A DNA stretch of 64,000 nucleotides, from positions 596-64,595 of the forward strand of contig CAZOYA010000002.1 in the NCBI GenBank assembly GCA_964583815.1, given 5' to 3'. How positions within the stretch are numbered: position 1 is the stretch's first letter; the number at the start of each line of letters is the position of its first letter. Under the pieces are notes generated by a model, which saw nothing but the letters and a program-made list of their open reading frames with translations, did not search any database and was not told the DNA's origin. Shown here piece after piece: positions 27,976-37,204 of the stretch. A program made the translations under genes and the position numbers. Source of the stretch: an uncultured Gemmatimonadaceae bacterium (GTDB taxonomy: Bacteria; Gemmatimonadota; Gemmatimonadetes; Longimicrobiales; Gaopeijiaceae).

Positions 27976-27990
27976 GCGCATGGGCACCCC
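27976..27990 (+). promoter_or_regulatory. candidate sigma-54 (-24/-12) promoter GGCACG-N4-GCGCA
   Basis: GG and GC elements with canonical spacing, about 95 nt upstream of pal and immediately downstream of the NtrC-type gene. The -12 TT is replaced by GC. Confidence 0.35.
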
Positions 27991-28084
27991 GCGCGACAGC
28001 GTCGCGGACACGCGACGCGCGCAGGGACGCGCCGTCCCCGTCGCGGACCAGCACACGGGCGGGGCCAGGACCCCGGAGGAACGG

Positions 28085-28657
28085 ATGACCAGGAAGCATC
28101 GCAGACTCGCGCACGCCGGCATGTTCGCCGCCATCGGCTTCGGTGTGGCCGCATGCGGCGGGGGGCAGCCCCCGGAGGAAGCCGCGCCTCCGCCCGCGCA
28201 GCCGGCGGCGACGCAGCCCGCCGCCCGTCCGGCCGCGGACGATGCCGCCGCGCGCGCCCGCGCGGCCGAGGAGGCGGCCCGCGAGCTCGCCCGCAAGCGC
28301 GCGGTCCTCGAGGAGATGGTGTTCTTCGACTACGACCAGTCGTCCATCCGGGACGACGCCAAGCGCCTGCTCGACGCGAAGGTGGCGATCCTGCGGGCCG
28401 AGCCCGGCATCCGGCTGCAGATCGCCGGCCACGCCGACGAGCGCGGCTCGACCGAGTACAACCTCGCGCTCGGCTCGCGCCGGGCGAACGAGATCCGGGA
28501 CTACCTGGTCGGCTTCGGCCTGTCGGCGAACCGCTTCGAGGTGACGACCTACGGCGAGGGCCGGCCGCTCGTCCAGGGGAGCGGCGAGAACGCCTGGAGC
28601 CGGAACCGGCGGGGCGAGTTCGTCATCAGCGCGGGGCTGGCGGCGAGCAGGGACTAG
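28085..28657 (+). CDS. pal: peptidoglycan-associated lipoprotein (OmpA-like C-terminal domain)
   Basis: Lipobox GVAAC, Pro/Ala linker, and FDYDQSSI...GHADERGSTEYNLALGSRRA. A GGAGGA lies upstream of the ATG. Confidence 0.9.
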   Translation: MTRKHRRLAHAGMFAAIGFGVAACGGGQPPEEAAPPPAQPAATQPAARPAADDAAARARAAEEAARELARKRAVLEEMVFFDYDQSSIRDDAKRLLDAKVAILRAEPGIRLQIAGHADERGSTEYNLALGSRRANEIRDYLVGFGLSANRFEVTTYGEGRPLVQGSGENAWSRNRRGEFVISAGLAASRD

Positions 28658-28708
28658 GCAGCGCGGGGCAGGCGGGCCGAGCCCGCCCGCCGCGGCATGC
28701 CGGGTGGA

Positions 28709-28742
28709 GGGCCCCATGGAGGCCTCGACCTCCGTGGGGCCC
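28709..28742. terminator. 14-bp GC-rich hairpin between convergent pal and pheA (possible bidirectional terminator)
   Basis: GGGCCCCATGGAGG-CCTCGA-CCTCCGTGGGGCCC, followed by TTCGTCGT on the plus strand. Confidence 0.35.
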
Positions 28743-28767
28743 TTCGTCGTGTCGTGGGGCGTGGGCG

Positions 28768-29613
28768 TCACCCCACCGGCCGGCCGTCCCCGGTGGATTC
28801 GGCAGCGGCGACGGCCACGGGGTACCGGCCGATCACCTGGACCTCCAGGGCGAAGGCCCCGAGCGCCTCGAGCAACGCACGCTCGAGATCGGCATCCACC
28901 GGGACCACGTCGGCGTAGAACCGGTACTCCCACGGCCGACCGACCTGCGGACGGCAGTCGAGGCGGGTGAGATCGAGGCTCCGCTCGGCGAAGATCCCCA
29001 GCGCGCCGTGGAGCGCCCCGGGCCGGTTCCGCAGCGTGAAGGCGAGGGAGAGCTTGCCGAGCTCGGGGCCGGGCAGGGGACGGGTCCGCAGGGCGAGGAA
29101 GCGCGTGTAGTTGCCGGCATCGTCCTCGATGTCTCTCGCGACGACCGTCGCACCGTGGATGCTGCACGCGAGCTCGGAGCCGACGGCCGCGTCCCACGGC
29201 GCGCCCCGCATCAGGTCGCGGATGCTCCCCGCGGTGTCCCAGGTCTCGGTGACCTCCAGCCATGGATGATCCGCGAGGAAGCGTCGACACTGCAGGAGCG
29301 CGACCGGGTGGGACGCGATCGTCCGGGCGTCGGCCAGGGTCGTGCCCGGCCGCGTCGCGACGCACAGGCGCACCCGCACGAGGGTCTCCGCGACCGCGTG
29401 CACGCCGTGGCTCGCGATCAGGTCCATCGGACGGGTGACCGTGCCCGCGAGCGTGTTCTCGACGGGGATCACCGCCAGGTCCGCGGAGCCGTCCGCCAGC
29501 GCCGCGAACGCGTCCTCGAAGGTCCGGCACGGCACGATGTCGGGCCGGTCGACGATCTGCAGCGCCGCCTGCTGGCTGAACGCCCCGATGTCACCCTGGA
29601 TGGCGACCTTCAT
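28768..29613 (-). CDS. pheA: prephenate dehydratase (PDT plus ACT domains)
   Basis: MKVAIQGDIGAFSQQAA...VIPVENTLAGTV...ASHPVALLQC...TRFLAL; ACT domain with RPGALHGALGIFAERSLDLTRL. Confidence 0.9.
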   Translation of the reverse strand: MKVAIQGDIGAFSQQAALQIVDRPDIVPCRTFEDAFAALADGSADLAVIPVENTLAGTVTRPMDLIASHGVHAVAETLVRVRLCVATRPGTTLADARTIASHPVALLQCRRFLADHPWLEVTETWDTAGSIRDLMRGAPWDAAVGSELACSIHGATVVARDIEDDAGNYTRFLALRTRPLPGPELGKLSLAFTLRNRPGALHGALGIFAERSLDLTRLDCRPQVGRPWEYRFYADVVPVDADLERALLEALGAFALEVQVIGRYPVAVAAAESTGDGRPVG

Positions 29614-29930
29614 GGGGCCGCCTTCCTGGAGAGCTCGAGGATGCGCCAGTAGATATCTCGCACGAGCTCGGGATCCAATCCGAGCTCCCGGGCGCCACGC
29701 GCCGCGCCCGCCACCACCGCCGATTCGCGACGGAGATCGAGCGTCGGGAGGTCAATGCGGTGCTTCAGCCGCTTCGCCTCGAGGGAGAGGCGTCCGCGTC
29801 GTGCGAGCAGCCGGAGGATGCGCGCGTCCACCCGGTCCAGCCGGGCCCGGAGCTCGACCAGCTCCGTCGGCGCCTCGCCCGTGCCGGGGGTCCAGGTCTC
29901 TGTCTTGGTCATGGGTCTTTTCCGGAGCAC
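29610..29930 (-). CDS. chorismate mutase (AroQ class)
   Basis: LRARLDRVDARILRLLARRGRLSLEAKRLK... Overlaps the pheA start by 4 nt. The GTG at 29930 or the ATG at 29912 could be the start. Confidence 0.85.
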   Translation of the reverse strand: MLRKRPMTKTETWTPGTGEAPTELVELRARLDRVDARILRLLARRGRLSLEAKRLKHRIDLPTLDLRRESAVVAGAARGARELGLDPELVRDIYWRILELSRKAAP

Positions 29931-29965
29931 ATGCCCGGCGACCCCCGCACGGAGACCTGCACCAC

Positions 29966-29995
29966 AAAGAAAAAGGCCCCCGTGTCACGGGAGCC
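29966..29995 (-). terminator. intrinsic terminator (8-bp GC stem, 5-nt loop, TTTTTCTTT) 35 nt upstream of the chorismate mutase start
   Basis: Minus strand reads GGCTCCCG-TGACA-CGGGGGCC TTTTTCTTT. It is the only canonical U-tract terminator I found in the window. Confidence 0.65.
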
Positions 29996-30183
29996 TGCCG
30001 TCACCGCTCAGATGATGGAGAAACGATCTCTCCACGCACTCGTCAGCGCCGGCGCCTCCCCGTAGGAACGCGCCGGATAAATCGAGCCGTGGGAGCGATG
30101 TGGTGGTGCATGGGAGGAGGGTGGCCCCGGGAGGGGCTCGGGTCAAGTCTTCGTCTCGTCACCGTAGCTGAACCCCGGTCCGG

Positions 30184-30408
30184 TCACTGCGCGGCGAGCA
30201 GCTCGTCGACGAGCACCACGCCGTCGTGCCGGGTGGTCCTTCGGCTCACGGCTCCGTCGTGGTACTCGTGACGGAGCGTCCGGCAGCCGCAGCCGTAGAG
30301 GCTCATGTGGCTGAGCAGCACCTCGCTTTCGTAGTCCTCGAACTCCTCGACATCCGTGCGGCGGCCACAGGGTGCCGTGCGGCCTCCAGACCTTCCAGTC
30401 GTGTTCAT
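30184..30408 (-). CDS. small hypothetical protein (74 aa) with a CGC motif and His-rich C-terminal half
   Basis: GC3 is very high from codon 18 on. A GAGGAG lies 10 nt upstream of the ATG. No family recognised (…SLYGCGCRTLRHEYHDGAV…HDGVVLVDELLAAQ). Confidence 0.55.
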   Translation of the reverse strand: MNTTGRSGGRTAPCGRRTDVEEFEDYESEVLLSHMSLYGCGCRTLRHEYHDGAVSRRTTRHDGVVLVDELLAAQ

Positions 30409-30490
30409 GCCTCGGCTCCTCGAGAACGACGTGCGCTCCGCGTCGGGAGCGCGACCGGTCCTCCCTCCATTGTCTTCTGGAACCTGCGGA

Positions 30491-30522
30491 CCGGCGCACG
30501 CCGATGCCTGGACGTGCGCCGG
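30491..30522 (-). terminator. 10-bp perfect GC hairpin after the NmrA-like gene (no U-tract)
   Basis: CCGGCGCACG-N12-CGTGCGCCGG. Confidence 0.3.
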
Positions 30523-30533
30523 CCGTTCGCAGA

Positions 30534-31388
30534 CTACGGCATCGGTGCCGACGGCCGATCCGTCGTCTCGCCATCCCGGGCGGTCGCCGGTCGTGTAGCC
30601 CTTCCCCGTGGTCCCGCGGTGGACGGCGCCCGGGCCGGCGGAGCTGCCGAGCTGCGCGCCCAGTCGATGAACCGCACGGAGCCCAGCTGCGCGTCGGAGC
30701 CGGGCAGCAGCGTGTCGTTCATGAGTGGCACGCCGAAGTAGCCGGCGTTCGGGTCGGTGACCACCTCGCGCCGGTCTCCGAGCTCGGCCAGGTGCTGCCG
30801 AACGAGGTCGTCCATCCGGAACTGCTCCGGGCCCGCGACCTCCACGATGCCATGGGCCGGAGGACCGACGGCCACCCTGGCGAGCGCGTGCGCCACATCG
30901 TCGGCGGCGATGGGCTGGATCAGGACGGGTGGAACGCGGACCGTGCTCCCGTCGCTGGAGGAATCGGCGATCGGACGCACGAACTCGAAGAACTGGGTCG
31001 CGTGGACGATCGAGTACGGAATGGAAGCCTTCGCGATCAGGTTCTCCTGGGCGAGCTTCGCGCGGAAGTAGCCGCCGTCGGACAGGCGGTCCGTGCCGAC
31101 CACCGAGAGCGCCACGTGGTGGCGCACGCCGACCGCAGCTTCGGCCTCGAGGAGATTCGTGGTGGACGCCGTGAAGAATGCGAGGGCGGCCTCGCCATCG
31201 AGCGACGGCGAGTTCGAGACGTCGACGACGGCATCGGCACCCTGAAGCGCGTCCATCACGCCCTCCCCCGTCACGGTGTTCACACCCGTGTCGGGCGACG
31301 CGGCGATCACGTCGTGACCTCGCCCGCGAAGCTCGCCCACGACCCTGGATCCGATGCGCCCGCTCGCGCCGATCACCACGATCTTCAT
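30534..31388 (-). CDS. NmrA/SDR-like NAD(P)H-binding protein
   Basis: [17 protein letters not shown] Rossmann motif. AGGAGG upstream. The ATG overlaps the stop of the upstream gene. Confidence 0.85.
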   Translation of the reverse strand: MKIVVIGASGRIGSRVVGELRGRGHDVIAASPDTGVNTVTGEGVMDALQGADAVVDVSNSPSLDGEAALAFFTASTTNLLEAEAAVGVRHHVALSVVGTDRLSDGGYFRAKLAQENLIAKASIPYSIVHATQFFEFVRPIADSSSDGSTVRVPPVLIQPIAADDVAHALARVAVGPPAHGIVEVAGPEQFRMDDLVRQHLAELGDRREVVTDPNAGYFGVPLMNDTLLPGSDAQLGSVRFIDWARSSAAPPARAPSTAGPRGRATRPATARDGETTDRPSAPMP

Positions 31389-32290
31389 CGTGCCTCCTGG
31401 AGCGTCGCTCCGGGCGATGATTCCGCGCTCGTCCGGCCGGTCGCGTGCTCGTGGGTCGAGGGTGAGCGTTCCGCGCGGAGGAACGCGAGCAGGTCCGTGT
31501 TCACCTGATCCTGGTGCGTGGTCGTGATGCCGTGCGGCGCCCCCGGATAGTAGGTCTCCCTCACATCGGGGATGAGGCGCGCCGACTTCATGGCCGTAAT
31601 GCCGATCGGGACCACCTGGTCGTCGTCGCCATGGAGCAGGAGCGTCGGGACATCGATGCGCTTCAGGTCCTCCGTGAAGTCGGTCGCCGAGAAGGCCTCG
31701 ATGCACTCGTAGGCGTTCTTGAGCCCCACCTGCATGCAGAGTCCCCAGAAGTGATCGAGGACCGCCTGCGAGACCTGCGCTCCGTCCCGGTTGGTGCCGT
31801 AGAAGGGCACGGCGAAGTCCCGGTAGAACTGTGCCCGGTCGTTGAAGAGGCTGCTCCTGAGCCCATCGAATACCTCGAGCGGGATGCCTGCGGGGTTGGA
31901 TTGCGATTGCAGCAGCACGGGCGGCACGGCGGAGATGAGGACCACCTTCGCCACCCGCTTCGTTCCATGCCGCCCGACGTAGCGGGTCACTTCGCCCCCG
32001 CCCGTCGAATGCCCGACCAGGGTGACGTCCGTGAGATCCAGAGCCTCGATGACGGCTGCGAGATCATCGGCGTAGGTGTTCATGTCGTTGCCGGACGAGG
32101 TCTGGCTCGACCGCCCGTGGCCGCGCCGGTCGTGCGCCACGACGCGGTAGCCGTTCTGGGCCAGGAAGAGCATCTGAGCGTCCCAGGCGTCCGAATTGAG
32201 CGGCCAGCCGTGCGAGAATTTGACCACCGGCCCCTCTCCCCAGTCCTTGTAATACAGTTCCGTGCCGTCCCTCGTGGTGATGGTGCCCAT
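31385..32290 (-). CDS. alpha/beta hydrolase (non-haem haloperoxidase/arylesterase-like)
   Basis: [20 protein letters not shown], nucleophile elbow [18 protein letters not shown], and a C-terminal His region. GGAGG upstream. Confidence 0.9.
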   Translation of the reverse strand: MGTITTRDGTELYYKDWGEGPVVKFSHGWPLNSDAWDAQMLFLAQNGYRVVAHDRRGHGRSSQTSSGNDMNTYADDLAAVIEALDLTDVTLVGHSTGGGEVTRYVGRHGTKRVAKVVLISAVPPVLLQSQSNPAGIPLEVFDGLRSSLFNDRAQFYRDFAVPFYGTNRDGAQVSQAVLDHFWGLCMQVGLKNAYECIEAFSATDFTEDLKRIDVPTLLLHGDDDQVVPIGITAMKSARLIPDVRETYYPGAPHGITTTHQDQVNTDLLAFLRAERSPSTHEHATGRTSAESSPGATLQEAR

Positions 32291-32436
32291 GGTGCCTCCG
32301 TTCGAAGAGGTTGATCGGATGACGCAACCTCGGGAGGACCGCGGCGCGGGCGCGTCCGTCGAAACGACCGGTCCTGTCCCTGGTCGTGATCGGACGCCGG
32401 CCGGGTGACCGGCCGGGCACCTGGCCGGCCCGGAGG

Positions 32437-35223
32437 CTACGCGCGTGGCGCCGTGCCGCGCCGGGCCTGGAGGGTCGAGCGAAGCTGCTTCCGCGAGCGG
32501 ATCCCGAGCTTCGCGTAGACCTTCCGCAGGTGGTACTCGGCCGTTCGAGGGCTGATGAAGAGGTGACTGCCGATCTCGACGTTCGTGTGTCCCTCGGCAG
32601 CCAGGCTCGCCACCCGGCTCTCCTGGGCGGTCAGCGCTTCGTGGGGCCGTGCGGCTCGCCGCGGGACGATCTCGCCCGTTGCTTCCAGCTCGATCCGGGC
32701 TCGCTCGGCGAACGCGTGCGCTCCGAAATGCTCGAGCATGTCGTGCGCGCTTCGCAGGTGCTCCCGCGCCTCTGCGCGGCGACCCTCCCGGCGAAGCCAC
32801 TCACCATAGACCAGGTGGGCACGTGCTTGCTGGCACGCGACCCTGCTCCTGCGAAGCCGCTCGATCCCTTCGCGGTAGAGCGCCTCCGCTCGTGGGCCGG
32901 CCTCGAGCAACGCGCTCGATCGCGCCAACAGGCCGAGCCCCCAGTCGCTGCCGGTGCTACGTGTACGCTCCTCGAGCTGGCCGAGCGCGTCGGCCGCCTG
33001 GGCCCGGGCATCGACCCGCGCGGCCGCCTCCACCAGCTCCACGAGGGACCATCCGACGAAGCTGAAGGCGTCGCCTTCGCACCCTTCCCGGGCCGCTTCG
33101 AGCGCCGCTCCGTACCGGCCCAGCCCGTTGTAGAGCACGGCTGTCGCGTAGCCGGCGACGGTGAGCACGGTGCCCTCGCCTCGAGCCCGGGCGCCTTCGA
33201 CGGTGCTCGCCATCCGGTCCAGGGCGCGCGGCTCGTCGCCCTGCCACGCCGCCAGCACCATGGAGGCGTACGACACCGGCGCGTACCGGGTCGTCGCCGT
33301 GATGGCGTCCGCTTCTTCGATGAGCCCGCACGCCCCCATGAGGTCGCCGCCGTGGAGACGAGCCCCCGCGAGATAGACGAGCGCCACGGGGAGCGCGGCC
33401 AGCGCGCCCGTCCGACGGGCCATGTCCACGGCTCGAGCCGCCACTTCCTCCCACGTCTCGTAGTCCCACAACTGATGGACGGCCGCCTCCTGCACGACCG
33501 GAGCCATCCACAACCAGCGCATGATCTCGGCCTGGCTCCCCGCCTCCTCGCGGCGGAAGGAGAGCAGGGCATCCTGCAGCGCGGGCACGCCCGCGCCGTA
33601 CCCTTCGGTGAGCAGGGTCACCGTGGCATCGAGGAGGACGTCGACGGTCCGTGTGGGGCGGGACGCCGGTGGGGCCGCCCGGGCGGATTGGGCCACCGCG
33701 CGCAGCCCGAGCCCATCACCCAGCCGACCGACGATGATCGCCGCTTCCAACGCCTCCATGTAGGTCTCGCGCGCCAGCGCGGCGTCGACCGCAGCGAACC
33801 GGGCGGCGGCGTCCACGAGGAGCGGGGGAGCGTCGCGCCCCCGATGCTCGGCGAAGGATATTCTCGCCCGGAGCCGTACCAACTCCGCGCGCTGCCGCGG
33901 ATTCAGGGGGCAGAGCTCGGCGGCCGCGATCAGCTCGTGCGCCGCATCCGGCGCGCCGGCCTCCATCATGGCCTGCGCCGCCGCCACGGCACGTGCACCC
34001 CTCCGGGTAGCCTCCGGCGTGAGTGCGGTGGCACGTCGCAGCAAGGCCGCCGCCGCCGCGACACCGCCCCGACGTTGAGCGCGCTCCGCCGAGCGATCGA
34101 GCTCGTCGGCCACGGTCTCGTCGGGCGCGATCAGGGACTGGGCGCGGTGCCAGGCCCGTCGATCGGGATCCTTTTCAGGATCCGTGACATCGGCGAGCGC
34201 ACGATGAACGGCCTGGCGATCTTCGATGGCCGCGGTCCGATAGATGGCGGACCGGACCAGGGGGTGTCGAAACCTCACGCGCGTTCCGAGCTCGATCAGA
34301 CCCGCAGCCACGGCTGGCGATGCGTCATCCGCGTCGATGCCGAGCTTCTCGCCGGCCCGCTTCAGGAGTGTCACGTCTCCGACCGGATCGGCAGCCGCGG
34401 TCAGGAGGAGCAACCGGGACGCGGTCGGGAGCGTCCGCACGCGGCGAAGGAAGCTCCGTTCGATGCGATCCGTGAGCTGCTCCGCTACCGGTTCCGCGAA
34501 CCCGCCGGCGAGCTCCGCGGCCGTCAACGCCTTGGGCAGCTCGAGCAGCGCGAGCGGATTCCCGCGCGTCTCCGCGACGATGCGGTCGCGAATCCGAGCA
34601 TCGAGCCGGCCGGGGACGGCCGCTTCGAGGAGCGCTCCAGCGTCTTCGTCTCCCAACCCGTCGATCGCGAGGACCGGCAGACCGGTGAAGTCCCCGTCCT
34701 CGCACGGCACGCGCAGGCTGAAAACGAGCGCGGCGGGCTCCGCCAGGAGGCGGCGAGCGACGAAGCCGAGCACGCGGGCCGAGGCCCTGTCGAGCCACTG
34801 CGCGTCGTCCACCAGGCACACCAGCGGTCGCTCGCCGGCCGTCGCAGAGATCAGGCCAAGAACGGCCAGGCCCACGAGAAAGAGGTCCGGTGCGCCGGTC
34901 GTGCCTAGCCCGATCGCCGTGCTCAGGGCCTGCCGTTGAGGCTCCGGAAGGCATTCCAGACCGCCGAGCATCGGGGCGCAGAGCTGATGCAGCCCGGCGA
35001 ACGCCAACTCTGCCTCCGCCTCCACACCGAGCGCGCGCTCGATGCGGCATCCGGACGCTCTCTCGGCGAGATAGTCCAGAAGGGCAGACTTGCCCACGCC
35101 TGCCTCTCCTCTCAGGACGATCGCCTGGCCACGCCCCGCTCGCATCGCGAACAGGAGTCGATCCAGGGCCTCGCACTCGCTGCCCCGGCCGAGCAGACGC
35201 GACCCCCCGCGCTGGTTTGCCAT
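32437..35223 (-). CDS. LuxR-family large ATP-binding regulator (LAL/MalT-like)
   Basis: Walker [12 protein letters not shown], a long TPR-like middle, and the C-terminal Lux[52 protein letters not shown] start at 35235 is also possible. Confidence 0.85.
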   Translation of the reverse strand: MANQRGGSRLLGRGSECEALDRLLFAMRAGRGQAIVLRGEAGVGKSALLDYLAERASGCRIERALGVEAEAELAFAGLHQLCAPMLGGLECLPEPQRQALSTAIGLGTTGAPDLFLVGLAVLGLISATAGERPLVCLVDDAQWLDRASARVLGFVARRLLAEPAALVFSLRVPCEDGDFTGLPVLAIDGLGDEDAGALLEAAVPGRLDARIRDRIVAETRGNPLALLELPKALTAAELAGGFAEPVAEQLTDRIERSFLRRVRTLPTASRLLLLTAAADPVGDVTLLKRAGEKLGIDADDASPAVAAGLIELGTRVRFRHPLVRSAIYRTAAIEDRQAVHRALADVTDPEKDPDRRAWHRAQSLIAPDETVADELDRSAERAQRRGGVAAAAALLRRATALTPEATRRGARAVAAAQAMMEAGAPDAAHELIAAAELCPLNPRQRAELVRLRARISFAEHRGRDAPPLLVDAAARFAAVDAALARETYMEALEAAIIVGRLGDGLGLRAVAQSARAAPPASRPTRTVDVLLDATVTLLTEGYGAGVPALQDALLSFRREEAGSQAEIMRWLWMAPVVQEAAVHQLWDYETWEEVAARAVDMARRTGALAALPVALVYLAGARLHGGDLMGACGLIEEADAITATTRYAPVSYASMVLAAWQGDEPRALDRMASTVEGARARGEGTVLTVAGYATAVLYNGLGRYGAALEAAREGCEGDAFSFVGWSLVELVEAAARVDARAQAADALGQLEERTRSTGSDWGLGLLARSSALLEAGPRAEALYREGIERLRRSRVACQQARAHLVYGEWLRREGRRAEAREHLRSAHDMLEHFGAHAFAERARIELEATGEIVPRRAARPHEALTAQESRVASLAAEGHTNVEIGSHLFISPRTAEYHLRKVYAKLGIRSRKQLRSTLQARRGTAPRA

Positions 35224-35312
35224 TCCTCCCGTCAAAGCCTCAGGGTACGAACCCGATCCCGGATCTTAGCGGAGCGGTGCTGGCACCGCATCGAGCCCTT
35301 CCATGCGAGGAG

Positions 35313-36509
35313 TCATCGTGACGGACCCAGCGGAGGGCGGTCCAGGCGATACTCCACGATCGTGGCCACGTCCAGCGAATCTCGCCGGACAGCCAGCAGG
35401 CGCTCCCCGTCCGTCCAGTAGGGCGACCGCACGTTCGGCGGCAGGACCAGGGACCCGAGGTAGCGACCTCCGATCGACAGGATCCGCCAGACACGCGTGT
35501 CCAGCGGAATCCGGGGCTCACCCGCCGGAGTCGTGAGCGCCGTCTGGTCGAGCGCGAAGAGCGAATCGCCGAGCGGCACCACCCAGCTCCACAGGACGTT
35601 GTGATCTCCGAGGTTGTCGGCCAGGCTCGGCGCGAAGGTGGCGACCTGCTCCCGTGCGATGCGCTCGTCCTCCAGGGTGAGGGCACGCCGCTCGAAGGGG
35701 AGGCGGATCACCGCTCTCAGCTCGCCGGAATCGTCGAAGTGCCGAAACTCGGCGACGTCGGTGCGGCCGACCACGACCCCACCCGAGCCGATGGGAACGT
35801 ACGTCCCCGATCCCGAGAACAACGGCGGGGGACGGCCGGGGAAGCGCTCGTCACGGCTCCGGGAGAGGGGCGCCACCGAGACGGCTGGTCCGGATGAGAC
35901 GTCGAGACGAAGCACGCTGTCGGTGAGCTGCCCGGTGTCGGGATCGCGGAAGTACCTCCAGACGAACACCTCGTGCGTCCCCGGGCGCTGGACCATCGTG
36001 CCGCCCCCTCCCGGGATGTCGACCGCATTCGACCGAAGGAGCTCCCCTCGAAGCGAGTAGTAGCTGACCCGACGATTTCCGGCGTCGAGCACGCCCAGGG
36101 TCTCCTCGTCCTCCGGCCAGATCTGGGCGTTCGAGCTCCAGATCTCGCCCGGACCCTGCCCGGCGGGGCCGAACCTGGCCGTCACCGAGTCGCGGACGGC
36201 ATCGATCACGACCAACCGAAGCCCCGAGCCGTCCAGCACGACGAGCGTCCCGTCCGGAAAGCGGGTGAGTCCCTGCGGCTCGAAGATCATCGGCATCGTC
36301 GAAAGGCCTTCGGCCGCCGTGGCGATCTCCCGCTGCAGGGTCAGGTGCCACTGTAGCGACACCTCGTCCCAGGCAGGCATCTCGGTCGTGGTGAAGATCG
36401 CGACGCCGGCGCTGTCGGTGACGGTCATCTCGACGAGGGGTGTGGCGGCGCGTGGCTCGCATGCGCATAAGGAGCCCGTGACGATCAGGACTGCCGAGGC
36501 TCGACGCAT
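35313..36509 (-). CDS. 6-bladed beta-propeller lipoprotein
   Basis: Lipobox TGSLCAC, GPAGQGPGEIW motif, and repeated beta-strand blades. A GAGGAG lies 6 nt upstream of the ATG at 36509. Confidence 0.7.
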   Translation of the reverse strand: MRRASAVLIVTGSLCACEPRAATPLVEMTVTDSAGVAIFTTTEMPAWDEVSLQWHLTLQREIATAAEGLSTMPMIFEPQGLTRFPDGTLVVLDGSGLRLVVIDAVRDSVTARFGPAGQGPGEIWSSNAQIWPEDEETLGVLDAGNRRVSYYSLRGELLRSNAVDIPGGGGTMVQRPGTHEVFVWRYFRDPDTGQLTDSVLRLDVSSGPAVSVAPLSRSRDERFPGRPPPLFSGSGTYVPIGSGGVVVGRTDVAEFRHFDDSGELRAVIRLPFERRALTLEDERIAREQVATFAPSLADNLGDHNVLWSWVVPLGDSLFALDQTALTTPAGEPRIPLDTRVWRILSIGGRYLGSLVLPPNVRSPYWTDGERLLAVRRDSLDVATIVEYRLDRPPLGPSR

Positions 36510-36653
36510 ACGCAGCTCCTCGTCATGCATTCATGATCGATATAGACCGTGGATTCTCAAGACGCCATTGAGCGGCCTCCGCGCATGATCGCGGTCGCCG
36601 ACATCGAGGCGCTCCTCTCCGGCCGTAATTCGCCAGGCGCCCGTGATCGGCCC

Positions 36654-36738
36654 GCTTCGATTCGAAGCCCTCGCGTCCAGCGAACCGGGTTCGCTCCAGA
36701 CCTCCGCGCCCCGGCGGTCCCACCGTGCCCGCGGGCAC
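36654..36738. other. cluster of three perfect palindromes/hairpins in a 323-bp divergent intergenic region
   Basis: GCTTCGA-T-TCGAAGC (36654-36668), AGCGAAC-CGG-GTTCGCT (36679-36695) and GTGCCCGCGGGCAC (36725-36738), all read directly. Confidence 0.6.
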
Positions 36739-36832
36739 GATTGCCGATCGCCCGAGACCGGAATATAGTTATCAACTTACCCTAGTGCCGAATAGCTTCG
36801 ACGCGCCATCTGGGCGGTCGCCGGGAGGGCTG

Positions 36833-37204
36833 ATGGATCCGCAGGATGAAACCGTTGCTTCTTTCCTTCCGCTCAAGCCCGCCGATTTCGAGATCCTGTT
36901 CGCCCTCGCCGATGGATGCCTGCACGGCTACGCGATCGCGAAGAGCATCGCCGCGCATACCCAGGGAATGGTTCGGATCGAGGCGGGCAATCTGCACCGG
37001 ACGCTGCGCAAGCTGGTGAGCCAGGGGCTGATCGCCGAGACGGAGGAACGGCCCCGCGGAGAACCCGAGGACGCACGTCGCCGCTACTGGGTGCAAACGC
37101 CGCTCGGACGTGCGGTGCTCTCTGCGGAGGCGGCGCGCATGCGGGAACGTGTGGCGAGGGCTGAAGCCAAGCGGCTGATCCCCCGGAGCGCGGAGGGTTC
37201 TTGA
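36833..37204 (+). CDS. PadR-family transcriptional regulator
   Basis: FEILFALADGCLHGYAIAKSI...NLHRTLRKLVSQGLI...RRRYWVQTPLGRAVL. GGGAGGG upstream. Confidence 0.9.
   Translation: MDPQDETVASFLPLKPADFEILFALADGCLHGYAIAKSIAAHTQGMVRIEAGNLHRTLRKLVSQGLIAETEERPRGEPEDARRRYWVQTPLGRAVLSAEAARMRERVARAEAKRLIPRSAEGS

Noticed and set aside
30043-30111. The 22-codon leader ORF MHHHIAPTARFIRRVPTGRRRR as a classical amino-acid attenuation peptide.
   Set aside because: There is no SD. It has only one Phe and no Tyr or Trp codons, although the operon is for Phe biosynthesis. Three His codons are irrelevant to that pathway, and the Arg richness is what random GC-rich ORFs give. The structured leader itself is kept as a finding.
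29931-30183. T-box riboswitch upstream of the pheA operon.
   Set aside because: AGAGA and GGUGAC-like strings are present. However, the conserved T-box sequence (…GGGUGGUACCGCG…) and a recognisable specifier loop are not.
32816-32830. The sigma-54-like element GGCACG-TGC-TTGCT.
   Set aside because: The spacing between GG and GC is one nucleotide short of canonical. The site also lies inside, and antisense to, the LuxR-LAL coding sequence.
36549-36785. A 78-codon ORF in the long intergenic region upstream of the second PadR gene.
   Set aside because: GC3 is only about 70 percent, against near saturation in real genes. There is no SD. The translation is low-complexity and overlaps the three palindromes. 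It is more likely non-coding or a decayed remnant.
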